Assembly: GCA_964658305.1 (NCBI GenBank)
Contig: OZ210885.1
Coordinates: 4,030,001 to 4,094,000 of the forward strand
Origin: Leptogorgia sarmentosa
Taxonomy: Eukaryota
Direction: 5' to 3'
Length of the DNA: 64,000 nt
Under the pieces are notes generated by a model. That model searched no databases and was not told where the DNA came from. It saw only the letters and a program-made list of their open reading frames with translations. The position numbers and the translations under genes are program-made. Numbering within the stretch: position 1 is the first letter of the stretch; each line of letters starts with the position of its first letter. Of this stretch, positions 26,707 to 40,311 are shown piece by piece.

Positions 26707-27849
26707 AATGGCGTTGGAAGCTCCAGTTGGAGCAGCGTATCAGCCATTGTACTTTTTATTCCACGAATGGCTTTCAGAGTCACCTCAGACTTGGTAGTTG
26801 GTTGTTCATTGTAATGGCTTCCGCCTTTGAAATTAACAATATGGGTTAATATTAAACTTGAGATTAAAATAGGGCGTGATCGCGAAAGACAAAAAGTACT
26901 TTTCGTTGGCTTTGTATAAAGTTCGTGAGATTGTTCGTAAAATATGAGCCCACTATGATTTCCACACCCCCCTGTTTTTACATCTATCTGAAAATTTATA
27001 TATTAGCAATTTTGAAAATCAGTTTGATTTACAAACATTTTGTGAGTCGTACAAGTTGTTGATTAGTAAGGAACGTGGAAAAGTTTTAACAAGTCGAAAT
27101 AAACAGGTGTGAATTTTTATTTTATATTTGTGTATTATATTTGTACGGTCGTACATAAATAATGTGCACTCATGGTCGAGCTTGATCTCATGCCATTCAT
27201 GTTTCTTCACTCTTGTGTGCATGTTGAGACTGCATTACAAAGACTGTGATCAGCTAGGATATATGACATGACTAAGGCTTTCTTTATATTCTTCAAAAAG
27301 TTTGATCAAAAGAGCCATCTCGAGTAAGACGATGACTGTTGATACTTGAAAACTCAGGATACAATAATCACAGTATTCAGCCACCAGGCCCACCACGAGG
27401 AAAACACTACCACTGACTGTTATTTTTATTTTTTCAGATATATGATGAACAAACTACAGCAGTCTTCCAATCATCCAATGTACAACTCATATAAGAACAT
27501 ACATAAAGAACATATAGCTTCAAAGTAAATTGTGGCAAGGTAAAATTTTGTTATTGACAAAATTATAAAAATCCCTAATCGAAAATATTTTCGTGGTTTG
27601 TATGAGCACAAATATACTCGCACAGCATGGCTGAGTTGAAATTTATTCCCTGATGATAACATTGATGATTGATTAAATATTTACATAAAAAATTATGAAC
27701 AAAATTTCAATTATAAAAAAGATTATGAAACAGTATTTATAACAATATTGTGAAAATTTGAAAGGCTCAATACTTTAAAATACTTAACAACTGGTATGAA
27801 ATTTGTGTTCAAGTATTGAACCTTTCAAATTTACAATTTTCGAAGTGCA

Positions 27850-28770
27850 AAACTTGTCCCCCTTTCTGGGGGCATGCTGTTGATGTGTGGCCACGTTGGC
27901 CACAGGTCCAGCACTTTGATCATGTTGGGGAAAAAATTAGTGGTTAACATTAAATTAATGACAAGACACGTACAGTTACAGTGTACAAGCACACTACTAC
28001 CTGTACAACATTTAAAAGATACATACGTGTATGGCAGTTATTTGCGCGGTAGCCCCTGTGTCCACACGTGTAACACTGGCCTAAAGATTAAATATTGTGA
28101 GATTTAATTTATTGCTTTTTTGTCATGTGGCACACTATGAATGTTATAGACATTTAACATACCACGGAATGCATGAACCCGGCCACCACCTCTGCCAGGA
28201 ACACCTCTGCCACCTTGGCCACAACCCCTTCCCTGGCCACGACCCCTTCCCTGCCCATTTTCATCATGTTGTACCTCTGGAAAAAATACCTGAATGCTTT
28301 TTTAAGGTCTCTATGCAACAGTAGCATAACTGAGAAGAATTGTACAAGTATACTGGTGAGAAATAGGTTATTCATTAGCTACAATGATCTAATTGCTTAA
28401 TTGCATTTTACAAATATGCATGGTACCTTGCTCATGGATGATATCATCCATATCTTGCTGATTCCGCTCTGAAAGAAATATATGTTATCTACAGGTAACT
28501 GATATTTAATTTCCAAGAATGATTAATAAATTGTATAAAATATGTATATTTTATAGACTGCATACTGAGTTGGTGGTTTATTAGTACATGATATGCATAC
28601 CATTCTCAAGATGGTCTTCATGATCAGCTAGTTCTTCATCTGGAGGCGAGTAGTACAAAGATGAAATTAAATGAACTTGGCTGTAGATCATTTCAATCAT
28701 GAGTAGTAATTGTAAAAACTTACGTTCCAGCTCCACATCTGCCCACCCACCATTATCTAAAGTGAAAGGT
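27850..28770 (-). CDS. Multi-exon RGG + two zinc-knuckle RNA-binding protein (partial or pseudogene)
   Basis: Micro-exons with GT-AG: 28163-28277 (GQGRGRGQGRGCGQGGRGVPGRGGGR), 28027-28080 (CYTCGHRGYRANNC), ~27855-27925 (CWTCGQRGHTSTAC). Confidence 0.6.
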
Positions 28771-29088
28771 GAGATTGGGGAAATCAATGGAAAATGTTTT
28801 AATTTGATCATTCAATCCGAAGCTGCTTAATACGACCATTTCGGACATGAAGACATCTGGTATTAAAATAATGGAAAGCTACATACCGATTAAAGCTTCT
28901 TCTTCATTTTCCACTAAGTAAACATGTACGGGTTAATGTAATGACACATTGGGGTACAGTGTAATGGTCTACCATGTACGTATGATGTATCAGTCATAAA
29001 GGAGAACTATAATACTGTATTTCACTCACGTAGGGTTATTTAAAAGATATGGGGCCTTTAATTCGAACAATTTACATAGAACAACTTC

Positions 29089-29260
29089 TAAAAAAAATGA
29101 ATTGAGAGAAGTAATAGTTCACAGAGAGAAGACGAACAGCAGATACAGAGTTGTGCGAGATTTCAGAGCTGTAATATCCTTAATATCAAACTATTTCCCA
29201 ACAAGGAATGACAGATGCTGCACGCGTAGTGTGACTTTTGTAAACAGATGTATACCTGCA
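29089..29260 (+). mobile_element. Fragment of the 3' end of the novel-element recombinase
   Basis: AATTGAGAGAAGTAATAGTTCACAGAGAGAAGA..GAACAGCAG shared with 50854-50902; right boundary uncertain. Confidence 0.6.
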
Positions 29261-29264
29261 ACTG

Positions 29265-30130
29265 TCATAAAATTCCTGATCCATTGAGAAATGGTCTCGC
29301 GCGAGACTGCCTTGTGAGGTCGTATACAACCGGTAAATCACTGTTTTTCATCATTCGTAAAGACTTTGTCTTGTCAAGGTATGCTTTCAAATGAGTGACA
29401 ATACATAGTTTTTGATCAATCAGAAAAGCTAAGAATTCCAATGGTGGTTGGTGTCTACCTGCTCGAGTATGCTTCAGTTTTTCAGTTATAACAAACGTGA
29501 CTTTACTATCTTCAATGGACATATTGTCCAATGAGAAATTATAAATTGTCTGACATCTTTGACCACTAAGCAGACACAATAAGAATGCAAACCTATGACA
29601 CAGAATCGCTCAGGGAAAGCAAATTGACAGGCTCTTGCTTCCTAATTTAAGAGAACACAACATTCACATCCGAAGTTGAACTATATCTAGGTAATGCTGG
29701 TCGTTTCTCAAATGGGCGGCAGTAGTAACAGATTCTGAGCTGGTGAAAGGACAACTGGTGGTTGCTCCAGTATTGGTAAGAGCATAGGTTTACGAGACGG
29801 GGGAAATGGGGGCAGTTGGCAAGGGCAAGGAAGCCGAAAGTGAGGAAGAAAGTAGCAAGGAATCTACTTCAAGTGAGATTAATGACAACACAACCAAGAT
29901 AGGTTCAACTCAACAACGAAACGAAAACGTGCTGCCAACGACGTTTCTGGCAATCCAGCGGTTGTAAAAGTTAAAAAATTTCTTGCTTGGCGCCAACCAT
30001 GGTGGCACCTCGTGACATTCGCTACCCTCAAATTCGGGCAAAGATCTTTCTGCCCCCCCCCCTGCTTGTGGGTAAGAGCATGGGGTACCATTGGCCATTG
30101 TGGTACTACTAGAACTCCCCTGGCCTTGTC
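29265..30130 (-). mobile_element. Second DIRS family fragments (YR, MT)
   Basis: LLSGQRCQTI, KLKHTRAG, RPALPRY; KARGVLVVPQWP. Confidence 0.75.
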
Positions 30131-30229
30131 GCATATGATGTTGCTAGCAAATGGATCTGGCTGAAAATTAGATTGTAACATAGTTAATGTGTTCAATAAC
30201 ATACATTTCTGTCCAGGTTGAGTCATTCA

Positions 30230-30500
30230 GCAATGTCAGGGAACATTGCAAAACAATTTTTCGCTCGTTACATCACAAAAACACCTTACACATTCAACAA
30301 ATATATTTGCTGTGTGGTCTGAATTGAACTTCATTTCTTTGCCACACCTCACATCGACCACATTTCTTGTCGTAGGTAACCCAGTGAACACCTCGATTCT
30401 CCTAACTTCTTTAGGTATGGAGTGTCCACTTTTCCGCCGTTTAGCTGGTATAGGTGTAGAAGCTACTGATCTTGGACGTCCAACTTTTGCATGAGTAGCA
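30230..30500 (-). mobile_element. Possible piggyBac-like transposase C-terminal Cys-rich fragment
   Basis: KVGRPRS..KRRK..IPKEVR followed by C..C..C..CF at the C-terminus. Confidence 0.4.
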
Positions 30501-30699
30501 CCAGTAATAGACCTTACCGATTATTAATTACGTCATTCTGGCCGATGCATGAAAACAAGGTCTTTGGGTAAACACAAGTTGTAAACATACAAGATGGCGG
30601 CGGCGCCGACAAGTTTGCCGAAGCCACCGCATTCCTTTCCTTTAAACAGATTTAGTGGTAATTTCGCACGAGTTTCAACTCAGTCATGATGACATTTTT

Positions 30700-31700
30700 G
30701 CTTATTCAAACACCAGATGCGGCCATAAGGAAAGAGAGCTATTGTCACTCGCTGCTTTTTTATGTTTGTAGCATTATACTACAAGCATAATACTGCTGGA
30801 AAAACTGTTGCCCTTAAACATGCCTGTTGTTCTTGCGTTGCTGGACAACAAGGATCATGCAACTGCTGCTCTTTATTAAATAGTAAGTCACTGTTCTCTT
30901 TGTGGTATCAAAGCTGTTCCTGAGTATTGCCGCACATTCCTAGAAGTAAATGCAATCTGCTAGACTGGACCCTTTTAAAGACCGATCTAAACCTGGGAAA
31001 AGAGAGGCAGCAATAACATGTACTTTGTATGAAGCATGAAGAAATAAAAGTCCTATCCATCCGGCTACCATCAGCAATGTTCAGCAGCGCTTGGCTATCA
31101 TCAATAGAAAAATTCCATTTGTTCACCTACTGCAGACTACTCAGCTTGGTGCCTTTCCAGAGGGCTCTGTTTGTTCTTATTTGTTCTCACTCAACATGAT
31201 GTAGACCAGTGTAGTTTTCCTCCATTTCCTTCAGTGACATTAGATCAGGCAGTCATTTCACCTGAAATAACTACTAAATAAAATAGTCAATAAAAAATTA
31301 TTCTTGATGAGGTCACTATTGCATCTGAAACTGCAGATGTTATTGAAGCTCAAACAAGAGAGCAAAGGCAGTGTGAGGACTGGGAAAAATCACAAAGAAA
31401 TTTTGTGTTGAGCTGAATAAACCAATTCATCCTACCAGGGAAATCCAACATGGTATCAACAACGAAGATATAGGAAAATATTATTACTCGAGAGCCACTG
31501 GCAATACTGTTCACTTCTGATATGGGAGGTCTGCGCATTTGTGCCCATGGTTTGTTCCCAAATGTTGACCAGTTGGGAAATTATGAAGCCAAAATTAGCC
31601 ACATACTGTTTATACATAAAATACTGGGCATCAATCAAAGCTGATAACAGACTTGTTATTACACAGGCACACAGGCAAAACAGGCAAATAATGCCTGAAT
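30700..31700 (+). mobile_element. SWIM + YqaJ-like exonuclease ORF relic (ISL2EU/Kolobok-type accessory)
   Basis: HACCSCVAGQQGSCN, IEAQTREQRQCEDW; heavily decayed. Confidence 0.55.
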
Positions 31701-31784
31701 CTTCTAAATATTCTTTTAAAATGAGCGTAAAACTGTGAGAAACGAGCTTTGGTGCGGCGATGTCGTCCTGAAGCATTTCACGCC

Positions 31785-33813
31785 CACTGAGCTATACTTA
31801 TTTATCTGGAGATCGGGCTCTCCTAAAACTTCATATAAAAAATGACAAAAAAGTGTCCGCAAAAACATGGCGGATTTTGACCAAATTTACGTCATTTTGA
31901 CGTCATAATTATGCATATTTTCATGATAAAGCCACTGACAAGCAAAAATGCGGTGAATGAATGAGAAATTAAAGTATTTTCACCCCCCTTGAAATTAAAA
32001 ATCCGTATTAAATTGTTGTACAATTTGCATGCAAAGATATATTTCTGTCTAAAAATTGTCGAAAAGTGTTAATCAGCTGAATTTTCGCTCATTCATACTG
32101 CTGGAACTTGTGGAGAAGAAAGGATGTATCCCTTTAGCGGTAAGAAATTTATATTAATGCTCTAGGCTCGATACTTTTTGGTTGTAAACATTTAAGAAAT
32201 GTTGGACGATTTTTTAATGCATGTGTTTCAACAAAAACACAGCATCTAAGCACTTATTGTTTGTGTAGATCTTGCTTTAGTTTTTATTTATCTGGGAACA
32301 TGTTGTTTTATGTTTCACACAAGCAATAACAAGAGTATTTATTGTGTTCATTTTTGAATTTCCAGTTTTAGTCAAAAGTCCCAGGTTGTTCAGAGGTGGA
32401 TTATTTAACCTAGTTTGTTCCTGTGAGGGATAGACATATATAAAGAGCATTTTTGTCCTGATATGTTTGGAAAGGATCAAAATGAGAAGGCCAAATTGAC
32501 TACTCAAGACTAGAAGCCATATCCTGTATTTTTCTTCAAAAAGATTGCCTCAACATCACAAACAAGGCTGCATACTTGAATTATAGAAAAAACTGGAATT
32601 ATTAGTCAGGAATAATTTGTTGGTATTGCAAGAAACATTGCCTTACATGGAGGCATACAATTGGTTATTGGTGTCCCTCAAAGGAATTATAGATCCAGTG
32701 AGGCAACCCACCACTATGAACCTAACATACTTTGACAAATTCTCATTGTGAAAAATAGTTTTTGAATAAAATCAGATTATATACATGTACATATGTTGAT
32801 TTTATATTGTCTGCACACAGTCACCCATGAGGTGTAAATTGCATATTACCAATGCATCAAATGCAGATATCAGATCTGGCAACATAATTTATGAAGTCTC
32901 ACTTGCAGAGTTGAGGGCTTAGGTATTTGGATTGGCATCAGGTTTGATTGGGCTATGGTTAAAATTGTCCATTATGAATTACCCTGCTCTCAGTATAGGT
33001 TGATAATCAAATACAGGTTTTTCTACCTGGATTTTATACAATAAATTGCATGAATCTAGAATATGGGAGTACCTAATTCTTCCTCAAAAGCTGAAATATA
33101 TTTTGCACACAGATTGAAATCACTGTCAGCAGGCTAAAAATTAAAATATTTCTGATGTATTGACTAGAAGAGTAAAATGGTACTGTATATCACAACATGA
33201 AAATTTTTTTCTGAAAATGATGTGTATTTGTACTAAAAAACAATACAAAATGTTGTTGTGGCAGAGATGTCAGTGTGGTGCAAGTACACAATAAGTCATG
33301 TTCTGAAAATCGGCAATGATTAGATTATATAAATACATTTCAAATGCCATGCAATATATAAAAGCAGCTCGTATCTGCCTGCCTGGTGAATTTGCCAAAT
33401 AATGCTAGGGAAATATCCAATCGTAATTATCGTATATTTCATATTGATTTCATATTCGTAGTATTTCATCACATCGTCTTTATTCAATAGCGCTCGTTTT
33501 AAATTTATATTTCCAGTTTGAACTCTTGGTACATTAAATTCTTTCATTTCAAGCGAAGATATTATAAGTTTACGACTTTGTGAAGTCCGCAAACGTAAAA
33601 AAACACAGTGAATCCTATAATATAAAAAAAGCAAAATCTTGAAATCCAGGGGGGGTTGAACCATGTCGCCCGCAGTGCAACGAGCTCTGGTCAGTGGACA
33701 TTCCCATGAGCGGTGTCCGCCAGCTGTCCGCCAGTGACGTCACATCCGCCATGTTTTTCCGGACACTTCAAAGTTGAGAGCCCGATCTCCAGATAATTAA
33801 GTATAGCTCAGTG
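31785..33813. mobile_element. Non-autonomous TIR DNA transposon with an 8-bp TSD (P/hAT-like)
   Basis: TIR CACTGAGCTATACTTA.TTATCTGGAGATCGGGCTCTC at both ends; subterminal inverted AAAGTGTCCG.AAAAACATGGCGGA; TSD TTCACGCC at 31777-31784 and 33814-33821. Confidence 0.92.
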
Positions 33814-35519
33814 TTCACGCCATTTTGACCAACAATGAATTGCCTATGATCAGTTTAGTGCGAATGATCTCAAAAACTGCTGGGGGATCTCGGGGATTGT
33901 TCCAGCAGATTTTAAGTTTAGACATTTGTCTTGACCTTTTTGCAAAAATTACAAAAATCGAACCAGGCGAACTCCAAATTGTTTAAAAAAGAGAAACAGA
34001 CTTTTGCCATTACGACGAGACGACATGGCCAACTTTAATCACCAAAATAATATTGAAAAATAGCATTTACTTGAGAAATTCTTCCATAGGTCGCTAGTTC
34101 ATTCATAATACTTCGACCAGGCTTGCATTTTTAGTGCAAAGTTTAACTTTGCAGTATTGTGATGAGGGGAACAGCTGGGAAATTTGTCGGCGCTGACCAA
34201 AAAATTGCGGGCACATTGTGTTTACATTCCAAAACATGGCAGAAAGTTAGCAAACAACTGTTTTAGCTGACAAATTTTTGCTTTTTATTCAAATGATGTC
34301 TAACTCAGTGCTTATTCTTTTAAAATCGATCATGAATTCCTTGTTTTGCAGTGGTTTTTTTTGCAATCGAGTGGGTGGAAGAAGTAATTATGGAGAGGTT
34401 AAAATAGGAGCAAATGAGTGCCAAATACCGTAAATGTTCTGTCACCCTGAGCGATGGCATCCTGCGCCTCCTCACATATGGGTTTTTGGGGGGAACACAT
34501 GTTTGTTTTTGTCACATTGCACATTGTCTATTGTTCGTTGCGTTCATTACTCTCTTTTTACCGCATTTATTCAATAAAGTTATCCAAAATAAAAAACTGT
34601 GGTTATCTGTGCTGATGAAAGGATCCAGTACGGGCCCAGAAGGATCAGAATAGTAAATGTCGAGATGTGCCTTGCTTAAACCGTAATCAACGAGGAAAAC
34701 GTGCTATGAGAATGAAATGAAAGTTGAAATTATTCTTTTTATTTCTCAAATTTCTCATCATTTGTTTGTTAGTGTAAATTGTGCGATTTATACTTGAAGT
34801 ACTAGCTCGCGAAATTTGACGAATTTTGAAAATTTGTGAAAATAGCTTGACTTTGAACTGTATTTTGTAAAAATTGCCTGTGGCCTCAATTTCAAATATA
34901 GCTAAATGAAAACAAACACTTCTTTGGCGTTTAGTGGTATCAAACCTATCAACAGGAAAATAGGGCCTTGTGATGCTTTAGTTAATTGTTTGAGACCCAC
35001 TTGCTTCACACGTGTTGTCGTCAAATTCTGGTCAAGAATCAAAGACCCAAAAGTTGGTTTACATCATCAAATCTGCTTCGAGAAACGTCTAGTGTAAAAA
35101 TATAGCTTCTAATTTAGATTTCGTGAGCATAATTTGGTTAGAAATGAAATATGTTTGTATTTGATGAGATTCAAAATTTGTTGTATATCCAAGCCAGGCT
35201 TCAGTGTGATTGTAATGATAACCGGCAATGAAATGAAGATATTTCAAAAACTGGCCGTGGCCTCACGAGAAAACATTCCAAAAATACTCTCCACTTCATG
35301 TATTTTCTTGTGATACTTTAATTGTAAGCATCAAAATAGGGCCTTGAACAGGCCCGGGGTTTGTATTTAGCCTTTGGTAGAAGTGAAATCTCACACCTCA
35401 TCACAAGTTATTTTGCTCCGCCGTGATTTGTGCTCTGTCGCTGATATTTAAACCTTTACGACATAAATCTTGTCATCCTCGTTACGATACGAACATATAC
35501 AGAAAATTCTAATTATTGC

Positions 35520-38500
35520 AGATTAACTTGTGACTGTAAACAGTAGGTAGAAGTATGCCATTCAGAATCGACACAAGATTTGTTTTGATTGTTTGTGAAA
35601 TGTACATTTCTTCTTCCCGCAAACTTACGGAAGTCAGACAATTAAACCAAAAGGACAGATAACCCTTTGTTGTGAGAAGGATGGAAAGATACATCTAGTT
35701 GATTTCCTTGTATTAGATGTGCCCTCAGACAAGCCACCGCTACTATGTGGATGAGATGCACAAACATTTGATTATTTGAAAATATATGCAGACGAGGTAT
35801 ATACGGTGGAGAAGACGAATGAACCAGCAAACCTTCCACCACCTGGAAATCTAATGAAAGAGGCTGTCTTACTACATTATAAGGACGTTTTTAAACCCGG
35901 AAGAGATAAATCGCTTGGAGAACCTTTACATATAGGAATGGATCCGAACGTCAAACCTGTACATGCGCCCACCAGACGAGTCCCAGTCGCCAAATTAGAC
36001 AAGGTGAATAAAGAATTGAAAAGACTCTGTGATGAAGGAACAATAACGCTGGTAACCCAACCAACGGACTGGCTTTCAAACATGCTAGTAAAAGAAAAAC
36101 CAGATGGCAGAATCAGAATTTGCATTGATCCCAGTCAGACCATCAATAAAGCGATTAAGAGACCAATTTATACCATACCGACCATTGAAGAGAAACTCCC
36201 ATTACTCACAAACGCGAAAGTTTTCACAACTGTTGATGTCTGCGAAGCTTTTCACACCATCGAATTAGAAGAGGACTCTTCATTTCTGACGACATTTCAA
36301 GGCCCGAATGGTCGATATCGCTATACGCGCATGCCATTTGGCATCTCGTCGGGGCCAGAGGAGTATCAGCGGCGTCAATACGAGTTTCAAGAGGATCTAA
36401 AAGGGGTTATAAACATAGCTGATGACATATGCATATTTGGTTGTGGAAACACTAAAGAGGAAGCCGACCAAGATCATGATAAGAGTAATAGCTTTATTAG
36501 ACAAATGCAGCAAGTTTGGCTTGCGATTGTCATCAAAGAAAATTCAATTCAAGTCCAAATCGGTGACTTTTATGGGACATAAATTAACGGATAAAGGAAT
36601 CGTTCCTAATCCATCTAAAGTAACGGCCATAAAGGAAATGCCAAGGCTAATCGATAAAGGAGGAGTACAGCGGTTTCTCGGAATGTGTCAGTATCTTTCC
36701 AAGTTTGTTCCGAATCTCAGTGAAACTGCCCTTCCCCTGAGAGAATTAACAAAACAAGATATGGAATTTATGTGGACCGAGACCCAAGAAGATGCTTTTC
36801 AGAGAGCTAAGGATCCTATTTCTAATGATATGGTTCTTCGGTATTAAGACGTGAGCAAACCTGCAACTTTGCAAGTTGATGCATCGGAAGAAGCAATAGG
36901 TGGGGCATTACTGCAGGACGTGATGATGATGATGATCTTTATTGAGATAACTTTTTCACATAATGTGATTTTCAAAAAGGATCTCAGTCAAAGATACAAG
37001 AAAAAAAATTATGTTACATAAGTAGCTAAAATAACAATTTAGATGAAATCTATTACATATGTTTACAATCGAAACTAGTATAATTTTAAAATCTCGCGTT
37101 TAAAAATGTTAAGATTCGACGATCGCTTGATGTCCCGATTCAATAAATTGAAATCTTTAACGGCATGATATGCAGTCCTTTGTTGACCCTATTGCCTCTT
37201 TGTACTGGGAAGTCTCAGCTTGTCCTTATTTCTAGTACTATACGTCTGTTGATCTTCATGTTTTGACAAGTTCATATTATGATGTATAAGTCCATTTAGA
37301 CATTTATACACATATACACATCTCCTTTGGTAGCGTCTTTTTTCTAGCGACAAGTCAACCGGTGTGCTTTACATCACATAGGTTGGATTCCACTGAAAAG
37401 AACTATGCTCAAATTGAGAAAGAGTGTCTAGCAATTGTAACGTGCATGAACAAATGTTACAAAAGATTCGTCGTGCACACCAAGGACCAGAGAGCAGTAT
37501 CCGACGAGCAAGAGAAGCGATGTTTTGGCCAGGTATGCAAGCGGCCATTCGAGAAACATGTCAAGCCCGTGGAACATGCGCTCAGTATTTGACTCAGAGA
37601 CCGGTAGAGCCAATGCAGTCCCATGATATTCCAATGCTCCCATGGAGCAAAGTAAGTGTTGACATATTGAGTCTGGATGGAAAACAATATCTTGTGACTG
37701 TAGCTCATTACAGTGACTTTTTTGAGATAGACTCACTACAGACTACCCACACAAGTACTGTTATTCGAGCAATGAAGAAAAACTTTGCAAGATTTGGCAT
37801 ACCTCATGAATGTTTGAGTGATAATGGACCTCATGACCACGGTCATGTGTCGTACAAACAGCGAAAGGTGAAGTCCGCCGAAACCACAGACAGATAAGAA
37901 CAGGTATGGTGGAACCGGAGCCAATGAATCAAACGGAACCAACCGTCCACAATGACGAAATATTTTATCCATATGTCTCAAGTAAAAGGATCCCGGAAAC
38001 TGAACCCCAACCTCACATACAGAAGGAATTACCAAGCTCAGACACGGTACAGCAATCACAAGGATCAGAAGCGCCAGTTATTGAGACCTCAGGCGGAGAA
38101 CAGCATCTCTTCTGTCGTTCAAGAAGAAATCGAAAAATGCTAGCTAAGTTCAAGGACTTTATAGTTAATACATAATACCTTTGTGGTCGCAGATTCCTTG
38201 GACGTTAAGACAAACAATGAATAACATTAATAGAACATTTCTTTATAAGATTATATTATTGTTTTGGGTAGGATGGGTTGGGAAAAGAACGGTGTTTCTA
38301 TACTACTAGAACAAGGAGGGTGTTATAGGTACATGTTAATTATGTATGTAATTATATTAATTAGGATTTAGGATAGGTTATATATTGCTTTGTGTAAGCT
38401 AGATTGGAGTTAGTTATTAAATGTTTAACAAATGTTGTAAACTGTAAAAGATTGGTCGGCATAGTACAGTACAGTACAGTACAGACAATAAAGCTCACTT

Positions 38501-38680
38501 AGCTCAGCACTTTTTAGCATAGAAATAAAATAACACCCAAAGGATCAAAGATGGAAATTTCTCAGTTCCTTGCAAACGTTTAGTGATACCAAATTAAACA
38601 GGAAGAAGCTACCTTCTTGGTTAGGTGTCATGACTGAACAAACTAGAACGAACATATCAATATCAATGTCTACATAACAA
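35520..38680 (+). mobile_element. Gypsy-type LTR retrotransposon, decayed (protease end, RT, RNase H, integrase, PPT, 3' LTR)
   Basis: RICIDP, RMPFGISSGPE, IADDI, LQVDAS, NYAQIEKE, H..H..C..C zinc motif, SDNGP; AAGGAGGG followed by TGTTA at 38341. Confidence 0.9.
36919..37350 (-). mobile_element. CR1/L2 3' fragment inserted in the Gypsy RNase H
   Basis: (ATC)n tail with AATAAA; KRRYQRRCVYVYKCLNG..YSTRNKDKLRLP on the minus strand; the Gypsy frame resumes after it. Confidence 0.75.
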
Positions 38681-38701
38681 TATCAACATCATGCTATGTC
38701 A

Positions 38702-38872
38702 AATTTCAGCGTTTTACTCCAATTTCAGCGTTTTATCCCCATTTCAGCGTTTTATCCCCATTTCAGCGTTTTATCCCCATTTCAGTTCCCGCTTTCAGTT
38801 TCCGCGTTTCAGTTTCAGCGTTTTATCCCTACTCCTGTTTCGGTTTCAGCGTTTTATCGCTACCCCTGTTTC
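38702..38872 (+). repeat. Minisatellite, 19-bp unit ATTTCAGCGTTTTATCCCC
   Basis: Four adjacent copies plus degenerate ones. Confidence 0.85.
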
Positions 38873-39071
38873 GGTCGCATCCAGATAGAATTTTCTGATG
38901 ATGTTGCCCATATTAAAGTGGAACGATTCTTTGCCGATCAAATTTAGTCTTTTCGATATATAGAAAGATTGTTTTCCTATACTGGAGTCTGGTAGTTGGT
39001 TGATGTGGTTAATGTAAGTGAATAGTCGTTTGAATATTGGAATAATTAGAGGGAATTTGCCTAGTTCGCCT

Positions 39072-39215
39072 CTGGGGCCGGTTGTTCAAAAGGTGGATAA
39101 CTTATCCAGTGGATAAGTCTTATCCTTCGGATAAATCTGCTATCCATTGGATAAAAACACGTTGCTCAAAGCATATATAGTGGGGTGAATAGCTATCCAC
39201 CGGATAAAGGCATTT
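39072..39215. mobile_element. GGCCGGTTGTTCAAA / GGATAA-TTATCC MITE end
   Basis: Repeated GGATAA/TTATCC palindromes; related ends near 32380 and 63245. Confidence 0.55.
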
Positions 39216-39299
39216 AATTATATTTTCACGTAATTTAATAAATTATCATATTTAATATCCCATTCTCGAACGCTGTTCAAATGTGGCTTGGACCACTTG

Positions 39300-39850
39300 G
39301 TAATAATGTGACTGCCTCGCTTTGAGCTGGGTGTTCCAGGTCATTGGTGCCGGTGTGAATGATGATGGTTTTTAATGAGGTAAATTTAGTTTTTTCTGTG
39401 ATTTCATTTGCCTCTGATAGGGTAGGACATCTGACATATTTAGTTTGGGCATTTGGGCACAATAGTTTTGGGTTTAGGTGACGGCCATTGCTATCGCATA
39501 GAATAACATTGTCAGCTTGGATCTCTTCAAGGTCATTGCTTGTGGGCGGAGGTGTATTTTCAGGGTGTTGTTTTTCAGGGTCATCCGAGTTGAGTTTTGG
39601 TTGGTCTTTAAGTTGTTGGAATCTGTTCTGGGTGGGGATGTTGGTAACTGGTGGGGTGCTGGGTTCAGGTTCTTTTGTCAATGTATTTTCTTGAAAGTTG
39701 GCAACTCTTTCCTTCAGTGATGTTGTTTTCATTAATAGATCTGAATACTTGTTTTCCAGGGCTTTGTGTTTGTTTGTGATATGTTTTAGTTCCTGTTTTA
39801 TGGATTCTTGTTCCATTAGGATGTCACCGAGTTGTTGATTGTGTTGTTCC
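39300..39850 (-). mobile_element. LINE (CR1/L2) ORF1 fragment with coiled coil and SGNH esterase
   Basis: TQNRFQQL, ILCDSNGRHL, IIIHTGTNDL; an ORF2-like C-terminal fragment GELGKFPL lies at 38880-39070. Confidence 0.7.
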
Positions 39851-40311
39851 TTATGCACTGCATATATACTATTTCCATAATATATATACACTATAGTATG
39901 TTTTTCAATGTCAAGTATAGCTTCCACTAATTGCTCTTTAGCATACCTGTCACAACAGAGTGAAATGGAAACTGTACATGTTTAATTATTCGTGCTAAGT
40001 TTTGTACAAACAGACTTTAACTGAAGGAATGACCTAAATTTAGCCAAATCGTAGAATATAAAAGCTTTTCAACGCATGGTAGCAAAATGAAATACTGAAA
40101 ATTGAAGCACAAAATTGTTAAACAAATCAAATAAATCGAATGAATATAGGTCCAGGGTTAGGGTTAGGTCCATGAATATAGTAAACTACAAAACATATGT
40201 AGTTTTCTAGATCGATGGCAATGTAACATTGAAAAGTTGATACTTGGTTACTATAAGTAAGGTAGTCAAGGTAGTTTTCCACACAAAACTAAATGAGTAA
40301 TGTTTTAAATA

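Larger units (their letters stand above)
22711..26760 (-). mobile_element. DIRS1-type tyrosine-recombinase retrotransposon, near full length, frameshifted
   Basis: gag - RT - RNase H - MT - YR order on the minus strand plus a 3' inverted-repeat/ICR structure. Confidence 0.93.

Noticed and set aside
38702..38872. Possible repeat-spacer array
   Set aside because: Simple 19-bp minisatellite with no spacers
40153..40168. TTAGGG telomeric repeats (also ~58815-58832)
   Set aside because: Only 2-3 units; not a telomere or a meaningful interstitial array
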